Origin: Carcharhinus longimanus
Lineage: Eukaryota
Assembly (NCBI GenBank): GCA_030264375.1
Contig: JASCQW010000132.1
Coordinates: 92,494,898 to 92,558,897 of the forward strand
Direction of reading: 5' to 3'
Length of the DNA stretch: 64,000 nt
The translations under genes were made by a program, and so were the position numbers. Under the pieces are notes generated by a model. The model saw only the letters and a list, made by a program, of their open reading frames with translations, made no database searches and was not told where the DNA came from. This document shows, piece after piece, positions 26,241 through 38,827 of this stretch; position 1 is the first letter of the stretch; each line of letters begins with the position of its first letter.

Positions 26241-26645
26241 TTTTACCCTTGTCATGTAAACTTCGCCATTCTGTTCAAAGGTAAACGTGCGTCTGGACTT
26301 CCAAGCAAGCCAACACGTCTGATCTCGGATCACACTTTGCATCTGGCAATGTCAATGTGGTTGCCGCCTTAGTGTCCTTGACTCGAACAGATTAAAGATT
26401 AACCCTGACGACGGTTTTACCTTCCTATTTAAACATATACATTGTAATACAATGATATATTTGCATGGCTGCAGGATATTTAACCAGTGACAGCAATAGT
26501 TGCTTCTGATAGCATGGCAAAAACTTAAGTTCTGTACATAGCCGTTCTTTACCCAGACACATCCAAATGTAGTACCACATATCGTGACTGCAATCTCTGA
26601 AGACAGAAGTCTAAATTCAGGAAGGATTCTTGAACATCTTCAAGT
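26241..26645 (+). pseudogene. possible exon 1 remnant of the HoxA14 pseudogene
   Basis: FYPCHV (26241-26258) and LPSYLNIYIV (26417-26446) echo the motifs YYPCRM and [10 protein letters not shown] of HoxA13 in this same window, in the same order. Candidate donor caa/gtaact near 26644. Highly decayed. Confidence 0.35.
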
Positions 26646-29209
26646 AACTCTGCAGACATCTAGTGGAAAGACTGCGCCACTACAATGGCAAATACAGAAA
26701 TGATCTTGCTTGGTAATGTGAAATATATGTACATTACTTTGCTCCTTCTGAATAGTATCAGACATTATCCGTTCCCGTGCGCGTTTACTGTTTAGCAGTG
26801 ATCCCCCCGCCAACCCCACCACCGGCCCCCCGCCCCCGATTATGATCGAGTTTTCTTCAGTCTCGTTCTTGTGGAGTCGCTGCTACTCGCAGCANNNNNN
26901 NNNNNNNNNNNNNNNNNNNNNNNNNNNNNNNNNNNNNNNNNNNNNNNNNNNNNNNNNNNNNNNNNNNNNNNNNNNNNNNNNNNNNNNNNNNNNNNNNNNN
27001 NNNNNNNNNNNNNNNNNNNNNNNNNNNNNNNNNNNNNNNNNNNNNNNNNNNNNNNNNNNNNNNNNNNNNNNNNNNNNNNNNNNNNNNNNNNNNNNNNNNN
27101 NNNNNNNNNNNNNNNNNNNNNNNNNNNNNNNNNNNNNNNNNGGGAGGGAGGGGGGAGGGTGGTGTTTGCTGGCAGACCGAGTGACTGGGATTAATTTCTG
27201 ATCAATTTCTCACATTTGTAATCAGGCTAAGATCGAGCTAGAAAGATTCGACAGAGATAATGAACTATATTACTAAACAAAATGACTGGTGATATTTTGC
27301 TGAAATATATAGAGGCTAGATTATTGTTACTAAATGATTCGAAAAGCATTCCACATCCGTAAAACGACCAAGAAAAACCGTGCAATAAATATGCCCTTTC
27401 TCGTAGCCTCATTGCTCCTCTGCATAATTTCAAATATACCATGCGTTGATTTTTTTTTAGTCCTGTACTGACTGATGCAAGTTATCGTGTATACCCTGAA
27501 TTAGTTTTAGGTATGGAGGACTTCATGTCAAATATCCGCTGAACATTACACTTCAGTCTACCTCCATAACGTATGGAGAACCCAGTTCACGATGAAGATC
27601 GTGTGTGGTATAATGTTGACAGAGTGTTGTATTTAGGCATCATAAATTGACAAAAAGAAACGTTTCAATCTAAAAGCGACAGTAAAACTTTATGTTGATA
27701 CTATCCCCCACTCAAGTACCCAAAACAATATTAACAGATTATCACTTTACGACTTAATGTATGACATAATTTTTAAACAATTCACTGGGTGGGTGATGAA
27801 ATGTTTGTTGCTGTGCGAGTAACATCTTACTCGCAGGCTGGAAAAAGAGAAAATAAAGCCTTCATCCTTTTTTTAATGCTACCTTTATCACTGAAACTTA
27901 TAAAAGTCATTGAAGACTTTCAGAGGCAGTTGTGAACGAAAATGTGCAGATGTTTGTTTCGAAATGTTTAGACAGAAAACCAAAGCCAGTCACAGAAGAG
28001 ATAGTGTGTTTAAATATTCCGTGTCATCGTGTAAATTGTTCCTAAGCACCCGGTGAATTGATTTGAAAGGAATAATATTCATATATAGATCGCCCATTCA
28101 TTGAACGTATACAAAATATCCTCCCCCAAGATTAATGATTTTTAACGCGGAACGTACAGTTTGATTAAAGTATATTTTACTATACAAAATAGAAAGATGT
28201 TGAGAAAATATGCACCTGTATTTGTTCTAATACATTTTAGCTAATCGTTTTCGCACGCACGTATGGCAACAGCAATACATCAAATATCATGGATGAAAAT
28301 TCCAAATAAAAAGCAGTAAAAAGCACAAAATACCTTGACTTGGAATTCTTACACATAACTTATCATCGTACTGTGTAAAATAACACCTACAGAAAACAAT
28401 CTTTGTTGAGTATGTAGTCATTGTCTAGTATTAAATATATTACATATCATTTGGCACATAGCAGGGATATGTAACATAGTTACAAGAGTGTAACACAAAA
28501 TGATGTCAGTGCAAATCATGTGCCATTAAAGGAGAACAAATAAATGATATGTGTCTTTTTAGGGACTGTGAAATTAAGTTTAGCAATTACAAGCCTGCAC
28601 AATGCGTTACAATAAACTAACTTTGTGTTTAGATTTGACATTTAACTTGGCAAATGTAAGAAAGGTTGTTTTTCGATAGTATGGGCACCAGTTATATTAC
28701 AGTGCAATAGTATGTCTTTTCTTGTTTTCTGGCTGGAGTTGGTTATCTTCAGGTTTAATAATAGTTTATGCCCACGAGCCATGAACGATGATATTTGCCG
28801 CTTAGAAAGGAACGTATATATGACTTCGTATAATTTTGATTTCATCTTCTTGCCTGTGTTTATTGCTGCAGGCTTGAAGAGATACTTGTCTTACTTGAAT
28901 TTAAGGCCATATATAGAGTTTTAGGCGGCAGTTGTTTACAGAATGTTCATGGTTTGAGATCGTAAATTCAAGTTACCGCAAAACTGGCATCTGCGCATTC
29001 ATATGCGTACTGGAATTTTTTATTTGTATTCACTGTGCAGACTTAATGTCTTTGGGCTTCAATAATCTAAGTAGTATCACTATAGAACTTTATATACATT
29101 TCGTTAAAGCAATGGACACTTTTCATATATTGTAAGGCCATATATAATAAATAATAAACATAATAATGAAAATAGTCGAATCTAATAATTCGATATTGTT
29201 AATTTACAG

Positions 29210-29514
29210 CCCCGAGTGCTCGTTCACCCTGGTCTGCCCACCCACGAGCACAGTACACACAGGGGAAGAAAAGAACCCATCATAGAAAACTCCAAATTGC
29301 ACAACCCTTTCGAGAGCTTTTGAGAACACTTGCTTGTTGACGCTTGAATACGATAACAGCAAAATAAAAAAAAACTTCTGCAAAACTGGGGCTAGCAGAA
29401 CAACAGGTAAAGGCTAGAATATTCAAAATGAAAAGAAGTTCCTGACGGGCGCAGATATAAGCATTTTCACTGGATGGACGAAAATGGTTTCAAGATCAGT
29501 ATCAACAACAATAA
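29210..29514 (+). pseudogene. HoxA14: HoxA14 pseudogene, split homeobox (exon 2 at 29210-29406, exon 3 remnant at about 29480-29514)
   Basis: Acceptor ttacag at 29204-29209. Reads QGKKRTHHRKLQIAQ / RAFENTCLLTLE / SAKLGLAEQQ with frameshifts, then donor gtaaag at 29407 (the group-14 intron position), then WFQDQYQQQ* at 29485-29514. Lies upstream of HoxA13 on the same strand. Confidence 0.8.
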
Positions 29515-32500
29515 AGGCCCATTCGCCGCTAGCAAACTGGAATAAATAACTTAGCAGAGCTACAACCAGATCCTTATAATTAAATTATCTTTACATGTAA
29601 CTATTTCTGACAAATGTTTACAAATCGTTCTAAAATGAAGAAATGACGTGTATTGGGCTTTGAAGCTGGGACTGTGTAAACATTCTTTTGAGGAAGACAA
29701 CGTTGTCTGTAATAACATATATTGGTTTTAAATATTTGAAATGAGAGTCAAATTTTGAATTGAATCTTAAATTTGCAAGTTTCTAGGTTCATCATTGAAT
29801 GTTTCGCGTTTTCGTTTTAGTCGGAACGATAGTTTCAGTTGATCTCTTGGAATATGTTAAAAGAGTTTTGATGAAAAGTGATTGGTTTTTCTAATCTTTT
29901 CCAAATATCTCACTAGTAATCTCATAATCTTTTTTATATTGTCGGTGATAAGTATATGGCAACACTTTCATGAACAATTGTTGCAATGCACTTGACTTCA
30001 TGCATTTTTGTCTTTTGCAACAATAGCATAACAAATATACATATGTACTGTGCGTAAGAATGGTGATAGAAACGGAAGTGTAAATAACTCACGCCAAAAT
30101 GAAGAATCTAGTCAGATCCGTACCAACAATTCAATGATGTTATTTACTATAATTCAAGTACAGTACATTGTTCTTTAATTGTATTTGATAAAGGACATAC
30201 ACAATTTTATTTGGATGATGTACTGACATTTGTAAATGTGTGACACTAAGTTAGTTCGTCTTTTAGTATATTTCCTGTAGGTTTGTGTCATTGACCAATG
30301 AAGCCAATGCAATATATATGCAAAGTAATTGTATCATCACTGTATTCTGAAACGGCTTGGCAATTCACGTGATATGGGTACATATGAAATATTGATAGAG
30401 CCAGCTATGATATCCAATTCTTATAGGTACACATTGTTCCTCAAGGATATATGATACCCTTACAAAGTCTGTCTTACGCTGTTGCTCAATGGTAGGGGTC
30501 AGGAGGCAGAATTCACAATGGGGTACTCTAGATGTGCCAGAATTAAGAGATAAAATAAAAGCCATATCCTATCTGTAGTGTAAATACGTTTACAGATGTG
30601 TATGTTGTCATACTGTAAATTGAGTAGCTCATGGGAAGAGGGGATGATTAATCATTTTGCTAGATCTCAGTCAGGCTTCAGGGTAGAATTTCGAAATATT
30701 TCAGGAAAATGACATGGGATGCTTGGCAGGGCATATTGATTCATTGATTTGTGGAATACTAGTGTTAATCTAATAAAGGTACAACATTTCCAAATTTGAC
30801 TGGTATAATGGTGAACATGCTGCAATTTGACTATTTTAGGAAAATGGTCATTGCAATAATAAAATGCTTTATTTTGATTAATTTGGTTATGGCCTAGAAA
30901 TAATTCTAACATAAGAAATGTATCTGCAATAGAACAACGTAAGAACATATAGCTTCTTCGTTGGTTCTGTTTAAGCTATTGTTTTACATTTTAACCTGTA
31001 GCACGCAATGTTTGAATGAAGGTCAGCTGATCTTGGAGTATGAGTGGTATTACTTATGATATGGCCAGTATGATAGGAAATCAAAAATCAAAACGACAGC
31101 CATTAAATTATTTATTAAAATTAGTCATTAAGTTGTTACATAGTATTTACATTGGTAAATATTAATTGACAAATGAAGGGAACAACTAAGGAAAGTATGA
31201 AATGCATGAATAAAATAATCGGTTTAAACACATTTCCTGGAATATGTGCAGTTTATTTCCTTTTCAAACGTATTAGGCTGGCAATCATACAAAATTAGTC
31301 AGCAAATTTGAAGGTAAGTGCAATATAAAACTAAGTAACATTTTCGCTAAGGATTCTGGAAGCATTTTGACGTTAAATAACAAATGTACTTGAGATAGTT
31401 CAGTTCTTTGACTCTATAGTCCAAACTTATAACGCCGACAACAAAATATTTGAATTGTATGGTGCCATTGGACGAAAGTGTAGGAAAATTTCAAGTCTTA
31501 ACAGTTATACGGTTAATGCGCCGTTTCTAAGTTATTTAATTACAATGTTATGTTGAACTTTTTAAAAAGCGTATTGCTCTCATGAGTCACAATTGATAAC
31601 ATATTCAAGGATACTCCATTGGACTAACATGCAAATCTCCACTCATAACGAAAAATTTGGAGGATTAAAAGACATATGCTTCCTGGACCACGTAAATCGG
31701 GTCCATTTGGTGAAAATGACAAATCAGGATCTCGGATATTCCAAAAGCTAGTACATTTTAACCCTATAATGATGCACATAAATGAATCAAAATACAAATT
31801 CTCGTTCACTGAAGAATAACTCTGGACAGGTTTTAGGCAGCATCAAATTAGTCACCAATATGTACAATCGTGCATTTATCTCACTCAACGTGTTTGCAGG
31901 TTTATTCCAGCCACCGTTTTAATTCCAGACACACAAACGCGCACCTATGCGATATTTATCAGAAATTCTAGCCGGGCAGAATAATCACAACTAGACTGGT
32001 CGACTGCTTCAGCATGGATGTTCTGTAGTACATTTCAACGCATATATATGTATATATAGGACCTTACTGAACGAAATAGCAGACAATAATAATTTTAAGA
32101 ATGATTTATTTGTGTTATCATACTGCAGATCATGAGCACATCCGGAATATTGGCGTACAGTACCTCTCTGGACAAATACTCCTTATTGGTGATATCCTGA
32201 TCTGTACGTAGTTTGAAACCAATTCTTGAAGATAACACTTTGCTTCACATCATGTCCCTCAGTACTTTGGCGTAATATGATCCTGGACAGAATACCCCTA
32301 CCTTTTCCAGAGATATTGACGGGCCGCCAGTGCAAACAGTCAGTTCAAAACAAGAGGTTTTGTAAACAGTGCATTTAAACCGGATGCAATGCTATATAAT
32401 TTGCAATGTATCTTAAAACGACTGCATCCATTTCACATCCTTTTGCCAGCCATGCAGAAAGAGCTGGAAATGAAGACGGTACGGTCAGTGCAACCTTTTT

Positions 32501-32579
32501 TTTCATTTGGGGGGCTGAGTGGAAAACAAAAGAAAACAAACAAAACGGCAATGAAAAAGTCAATTCTCACGGCTTGCCT

Positions 32580-32750
32580 TTATAAGAATTCAGACAGGGT
32601 CGTCAACGCGTGAATGACAGCACTCACATTGGCTAGACTGCAACTTTCAACTTGACCTTGGCCTTTAGCCGTGTCTAACCCGTATGTAAAAGAGCTGCCC
32701 ATTTGGTTGCTGCCATTTTGTAGTATAATCCGCAATGTGGCCGTTTAAAT
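32580..32750. promoter_or_regulatory. candidate conserved enhancer upstream of HoxA13
   Basis: Dense motif block: TGACAG (TALE class), ATTGG, TGACCTTG (NR5A/ERR), GCTGCCATTTT (YY1-like). Conservation is inferred, not computed. Confidence 0.4.
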
Positions 32751-35719
32751 ATGAAACTGTTTGTATTTGTAAAGCACACATACCATAGCACAAGACTTTT
32801 TTTGGAAGTNNNNNNNNNNNNNNNNNNNNNNNNNNNNNNNNNNNNNNNNNNNNNNNNNNNNNNNNNNNNNNNNNNNNNNNNNNNNNNNNNNNNNNNNNNN
32901 NNNNNNNNNCAAGACTTTTTTTGGAAGTGGAAGGCGCTAGAGGTTCTACCTAGCACTTAAGTATGCAGCCGAATGTTTGTTTCAATTAACCATGTACTTT
33001 GTTGGGGGGAGGGGCAATGTTCTCTTAATTCAAGAATGGGGAATTACATGCGATACGGGTTGAGTGAGGTTCAAATGTATTTGAAATTGAAACGTAATCC
33101 AAAACAATACAGCCGATGATCTTTTTTTCGTATTTAATCCGGTCATGAGGCGGGGGGAGGGGAGGGGGTGAGCATATATTTAAATATAAAGCCTCTTTGA
33201 TGTGTATTGTGAGACTAACATTGCGGACGCGGTCTTAACGATTAACATGGGAGAATTACGTGAAAAAAATGCTCGCCTTCAAAATACTGACTCACTAAAA
33301 CAAGCTCTAATAAAACCATATGTTTATAATACAGGGGGAAAACCAAGCTACACCACTTATATTAGATTCTCACAAGGAATTCCACCAGCTAATAATCACG
33401 CGAAGAAAGCGATTCAATGTCAGTCAGTGACAGATACACTGGGATATCAATGATGTTATCACATAATCAGCACTGAAGTAGAAACTGCAAGAATATTCAA
33501 CGCTGATGGAGGTAAAGAAGTAGTCGCTAAAGGCACATTGAGAAAACAAAAGTAACAAGATTCCCGATTCGGCTTGTCAAAATTTCGCTCCAGTCTTTCA
33601 TGTTGTGAAATTACCTCGATATCATTAGAGAATTAGAATCCAGATAACGGCGACACTTTGGGTGGATTCCCGAAAGGAACGGTAATGTGGGGAATATCTA
33701 GAAACGGTGGGGAGACGTTTTAATCTCGTTATTTCATGGCACCTTATTCGGCGGAGAATGCTTATATTCCAAATAGTTGGGATTCAACGTCTCTGCCTCA
33801 ATAACGGTGATCACTGGCCGCATGGAACCAACAGCTCCTAAATCACCAAGGCTGATATCACTTCTCATTTCTAAAACAAGTCTAAAGGAATGTTGTGCAG
33901 CTTTTTCTCAAGCGGTTGTATGATTCCAGCATTGAAATCCTGTAAGAAATATGGAAAAGTTGCAATAATAGAAGAGGAGAGAAAAAAAATAGGGAGGAGA
34001 GAGTTAAAGAGAGAAAATAAATTGCAAAGAATAAAAAAGGAGCATTTAATTGTAAAATGATTGCTCTAAACAGCTGCATCACTGGAGCATTGGGCCATAT
34101 TCCAGAAAGAAACAGAACAAGCAACTTTAGCGAAACACGCTTGACGAATTCGCCTGATACGAAATGCTTTGTATTCCACTTAGTACAGTACCTGATATAT
34201 AATTATGTGGCTGAAATTGCATTAAAAATCACCCTTTGTGACGACCTATGCTAACCGAATAATAACGGTTGAACTTCTGATTTTTTAATGCATCTTCACT
34301 AGCTACCATTCCTCATCATGTAATATATGACAGAAGGAAGACCGTTTATCCCCACACTTTTCGCCAAATTGCAGCAAATTAATTTCAAATGCATTTATAA
34401 CATGGTTGATATTTATCTATCAAATAACACTTTTAATAATGTGCCACATATTATAATACAAATCATATTTATGGATTTTAGCACATTTAACAATGTGCTA
34501 GATATTGTTAAATAATTCACATTTTATCCATTTTCCATAGATTTAATTGTGCCAGGTACTCATAAAACACATGCACTGATATTTCAATGTGAAGTCCAGT
34601 TATGTGAATTATGGTGCTGCTGAATGAACACACATTCTGTAGCAAGCAAGTTAACACGAATCGGCTGCATTAGCGGGGGTAGTATGAGGGCTGACATTTA
34701 TTTAAATACTTTTGTATCACGGCTGGCAAACGGCAAACAAGGAATTAATGGATATCCTTATCTGTCTTATAAATGTCCTTTGATCTGAATATTTATATTC
34801 TTGTGGCTGGCAAGAAATGATGCACTTATTATAACAAGTAAACATGAATTGGTCAATGCGAATAGAAATTCAAACTGTAACTTCATTGTTCCATAAATTG
34901 AATTCGGAAACGTAGAGTGATGTATTTTAATAAACTTTATTCTGGTGTTTAGTTTAATGACAAATTTTATACCTAGGGTGAAAGGATGTATTCTCTCAAA
35001 TATCTTGCGGATTAAGAAATCAAGGCTCTGACTGTTCTTCGGCATTATTGCTATTTGCTCTAACGAGTTATGTCATGAAGCAATAGAAAGGTCATACAGA
35101 TGTTTCCTTCTCACCATAAAATTCTGCTGCTACCTATTTCTTCAAATGTTATTTTCTTATTGGTTTAAAGCACCTTGAGGTTTTATTTATGAAGGGAAAT
35201 GCAGGGAAGGAATCCGGGGAAAGTATCGTTTTAGCCCAGCCTAACATCAGGTGTTGCTGAAAGGACAATTCTTTCAGAAGAAAGTGCGATTTCATTGATC
35301 AGAGATGCAAATTGTCAAAAAAAGATGAATTGTGCAAACGCCTGTGCAAAAGTAACCTCAAACGGAGGCATTATGATCAACTCGAATCTACAGTCAACCA
35401 AATTTCAAACGTTTTAGTGACACGGCCTCTAATTGTGTGAATTGTTCCGTTTGATACATGCAGAAGCCAACGGTTTTCGCTTTGTCTTGTTTTGTGTACA
35501 TGCAAAATATTGCCTTTTGCAGTCTGGCCATGCGTTTTCATTTACCGCCACCACTCAGACATCCACACACAGCTCGGATGTTTTGTGCTCCCCGTAGCAC
35601 TTTATTTTAGTAAATGTATTTTATTCCAATCATTCACTCACGTAAATACCCAAACGTTGCTTTATTAAACTAATGGAGTATCTACCTTTTTATTCTTCAT
35701 GTATTTATCATCTACTTTG

Positions 35720-35865
35720 CATATCACGTGGACATCTAGCAGCCAATGAGGAGGCAGGCTCCGGCGACACTGGCGCGTCAATGCTGCTAAGTCTGAGAGA
35801 TTCAGTATCTCTTTTCAGTCTTAGGGGCTTTTAAAACGGCCACTAGTCTCAATGGTGGACGTGAT
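35720..35865 (+). promoter_or_regulatory. HoxA13 proximal promoter and 5' leader
   Basis: E-box CACGTG at 35725-35730 and CCAAT box agccaatgag at 35741-35750, immediately upstream of the ATG. Confidence 0.6.
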
Positions 35866-35869
35866 ATGA
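35852..35869 (+). other. uORF (MVDVI*) whose stop overlaps the HoxA13 start codon
   Basis: ATG GTG GAC GTG ATA TGA. The TGA at 35867-35869 overlaps the main ATG at 35866-35868. Confidence 0.6.
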
Positions 35870-36514
35870 CAGCGTCCGTGATACTTCATCCCCGCTGGAT
35901 CGACACGGTGATGTTCGTCTACGATAATAGCTTGGATGAAATTAATAAAAACATGGATGGATTTTCAGGAGGGAACTTCACAGCGAACCAATGCAGGAAT
36001 CTGATGGCTCATCCAGCATCCCTAGCCCCCAGCTCAGCCTACTCGTCGAGTGAAGTGCCAGCCTCTGGCATTGCTGAACCTGTCAAACAGTGTAGTCCTT
36101 GTCCTGCTGCTCAAACTTCGTCCAGTGCTGCCCTTCCTTATGGATACTTTGGGAGCAGTTACTACCCCTGCCGAATGAGCCACCATAGCAGCATCAAGTC
36201 CTGTGCGCAGCCCTCCACCTTGTCTGCCTATCCAGCCGACAAATACATGGACACGTCCGCCGGCGAGGAATTCACCTCAAGGGCTAAGGAGTTCGCTTTC
36301 TATCAAGGTTACGCGGGGCCATACCAACCGATGCCCAGCTACTTGGACGTACCTGTGGTTCCCACCATCAGCGCTCCGGGGGAACCGAGACATGAGACAT
36401 TATTACCCATGGAGAGCTACCAGCCCTGGGCAATTACCAATGGGTGGAACGGTCAAGTCTGCTGCTCGAAAGAGCAACCCCAAGCTACCCACCTCTGGAA
36501 ATCAAGCCTGCCAG
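35866..36514 (+). CDS. HoxA13: homeobox protein HoxA13, exon 1
   Basis: The N-terminus [21 protein letters not shown] is diagnostic of HoxA13. Hox13 motifs KQCSPC, YGYFG..YYPCR, KEFAFY, YLDVPVV, YQPW, WNGQ are present. Phase-1 donor CCAG/gtaagt. Confidence 0.97.
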
Positions 36515-36943
36515 GTAAGTAGAGATAAACACAAAAGTCTTTCAGCCAGCACGAGAAAGTAGTACAATGAAAGGAACAAAGCATTCCGGTGTGTAAATAC
36601 ATACGGGTAACAGAGATAATATATAACAGAGATTATCATTAAGAAATGCTTTGCGTAATTCCCCAACAGCAGAACTGCTATGTTAACACAAACTTTAATG
36701 TATAGTGTACTACCTAAATATTATTTTGCAGGATTTTTCACAATCACTCCTCGATTCTCGCACATTTTTTTCAAAATTATAATTTCTGCTATATAAATTT
36801 ATTTGCCAAAAGTGCAGTCGACATAATATCGCCATGGCGCAATCTTGAACTTGACTCCGGCGACAGTCACCGTGTTTGAAGCCGATGGCCAGTGCTCAAT
36901 GCCATGGATAATAAGGTGTGTGTGTTTTTTTCCCCCTTCACAG

Positions 36944-37188
36944 ACGTCGTTTCGCATCCTTCAGACGCGAGCTCTTTCCGACGAGGAAGAAAGAAAAGGG
37001 TGCCTTACACCAAAGTGCAGTTGAAAGAACTTGAGCGGGAATATGCCACCAATAAATTTATCACCAAGGACAAACGAAGGAGGATATCGGCATCCACAAA
37101 CCTCTCTGAGAGACAAGTCACTATTTGGTTTCAAAACAGAAGAGTCAAAGAAAAGAAAGTTCTGACTAAGCTGAAAAGTAACAGCTAG
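36944..37188 (+). CDS. HoxA13: homeobox protein HoxA13, exon 2 (homeodomain); spliced protein 297 aa
   Basis: Acceptor ttcacag. Reads [60 protein letters not shown] to TAG. The intron is 429 bp and the frame is consistent. Confidence 0.97.
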
Positions 37189-38291
37189 TGCGACAATCCC
37201 AGAAACATGCGGACTTCATCTGAAAAAAATTAAAAAATAACTGATCTCAGCCTGAAGAAAAAAACCCCAACCACAGTTCATTTTCTTGATGCTAGATTTG
37301 TGTTTTTCCTTTCTGCCTGCTCATTGCTTTCCCTTTTGAAAAAAATACAGAAACACGCCAGTAAATTTCTCGGAGAGAGACATTGTATAAAGATTATGTT
37401 AAAGCAAGTTAAGGTTCAGCAAAAGTAAATCAAGCCCATTAATCAAGAATCTAGAAGGTTGCAATTTTGAAATGTAGAAAACAATGCGTGGTAGATTGTT
37501 TACTGCATAAAAATGTGTCCTTCAGAGGAATAAATGTACCAATTTGATTTATGCAGTAACCTTCACACAAAAGTCATTTAAGCACCTAAAGAAAATGTGT
37601 ATTGCTGGAAAAGGTTCTGGCTAGCAAAAAGCTAGAGTGCATGATCAATTTTTTTTCCTCAGGTAAACTATGGGATATATCGTGAAATGTATAATAAAAT
37701 GTATGTTTACGCACTACATTTTCTTTGGATGGGATGCGCTATCTCTAAAGATATTAATGTACAGGTAGAAAGAAGATTATATTCTAAATAGCAATGTATA
37801 TGGGAAAGTAAATGCGTACTATTCTAGCATTCTACATTTCGTCTTCTGTATATATTTAGGAGCATCCACGCTCTCGTAATTAAATAGCAGAGTAGATTGC
37901 CATTTTCTACAGAGCGGAAGAAAGATCTGTCTGCAAACATGGAACCCACCCCCTCCCGTGTAAATGAACTAAATATGAAGTCTTCTGTCTGCTTGTTATA
38001 TTATCCACTTCACATAGCATTAGTCTTCACGCAGACTTAAGACGCACAAGCTTTCTTCCTAAAGATGATAACATCTGCGTGCAATTGTATTTTTTTTAAA
38101 TACTGCATTATTATATCTGCATGCACCCTCCTGCTTAGTTAATATATACCAATAATAGTTAAAAAATAAATCACGAATGATAATCATGAAATTAAAATGT
38201 CTTGCATTATTATTATGCAGCTGTTTAATTTGTATAACCTATTGTCTTTTTCATCTAGTGAATTACTTGCATTACAACAGATTATTTCACG

Positions 38292-38297
38292 AATAAA
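38292..38297 (+). terminator. candidate HoxA13 polyadenylation signal
   Basis: AATAAA about 1.1 kb after the stop, followed about 20 nt later by a T-rich tract (gtcttttttttgtt). Confidence 0.45.
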
Positions 38298-38807
38298 AGA
38301 TATTCATAAACAACAGCGTCTTTTTTTTGTTAAGTAACATGACACCAGCTAACAGCTTTTAAAACAAAATGTAAAGAAATATGTATGGGCCAGCTAGATT
38401 TATTCTTGATGTCAACCAGGCCGTTGGTGTAGACACTTAAAATACATTGAAATCATGCTTTCGCACTAAAGTTTTAGAAATAATCAAAACAGAATTGCGG
38501 TGAGCTGAAGATAGTCGAGAATATTCTCTGCTGTTTTTTAATCGAACCCAGTAAACGTATCACGATAATTATTATAGAAACGGTTTTTGGAAGTGGATCC
38601 TTAAGTTTATATTAGGATATGCTGAAAGTTTAAAGGCAATAAATTAGTCTCCATATTCTGATTGGAAATATAAGCTCTCTCTTTGGTTTTAATATGGAGG
38701 CAGGGCGTTAGGAGGGGGGCTTAAACCTTGACCTTGACGAAAACAGATAGTCTTTGACCTTGACTATTAACAGCTCATGAATAGTCATGAAGTGGATTGG
38801 TAGAGCA

Positions 38808-38827
38808 AGTGCGCCATCTACTGTTAA
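38808..38827 (-). promoter_or_regulatory. candidate CTCF site between HoxA13 and HoxA11
   Basis: Minus strand reads ttAACAGTAGATGGCGCact, close to the CTCF core CCASYAGRKGGCRS. Confidence 0.6.

Noticed and set aside
32789-32929. Direct repeat caagactttttttggaagt on both sides of a 100-N gap
   Set aside because: Typical of an unmerged contig overlap, not a biological repeat.
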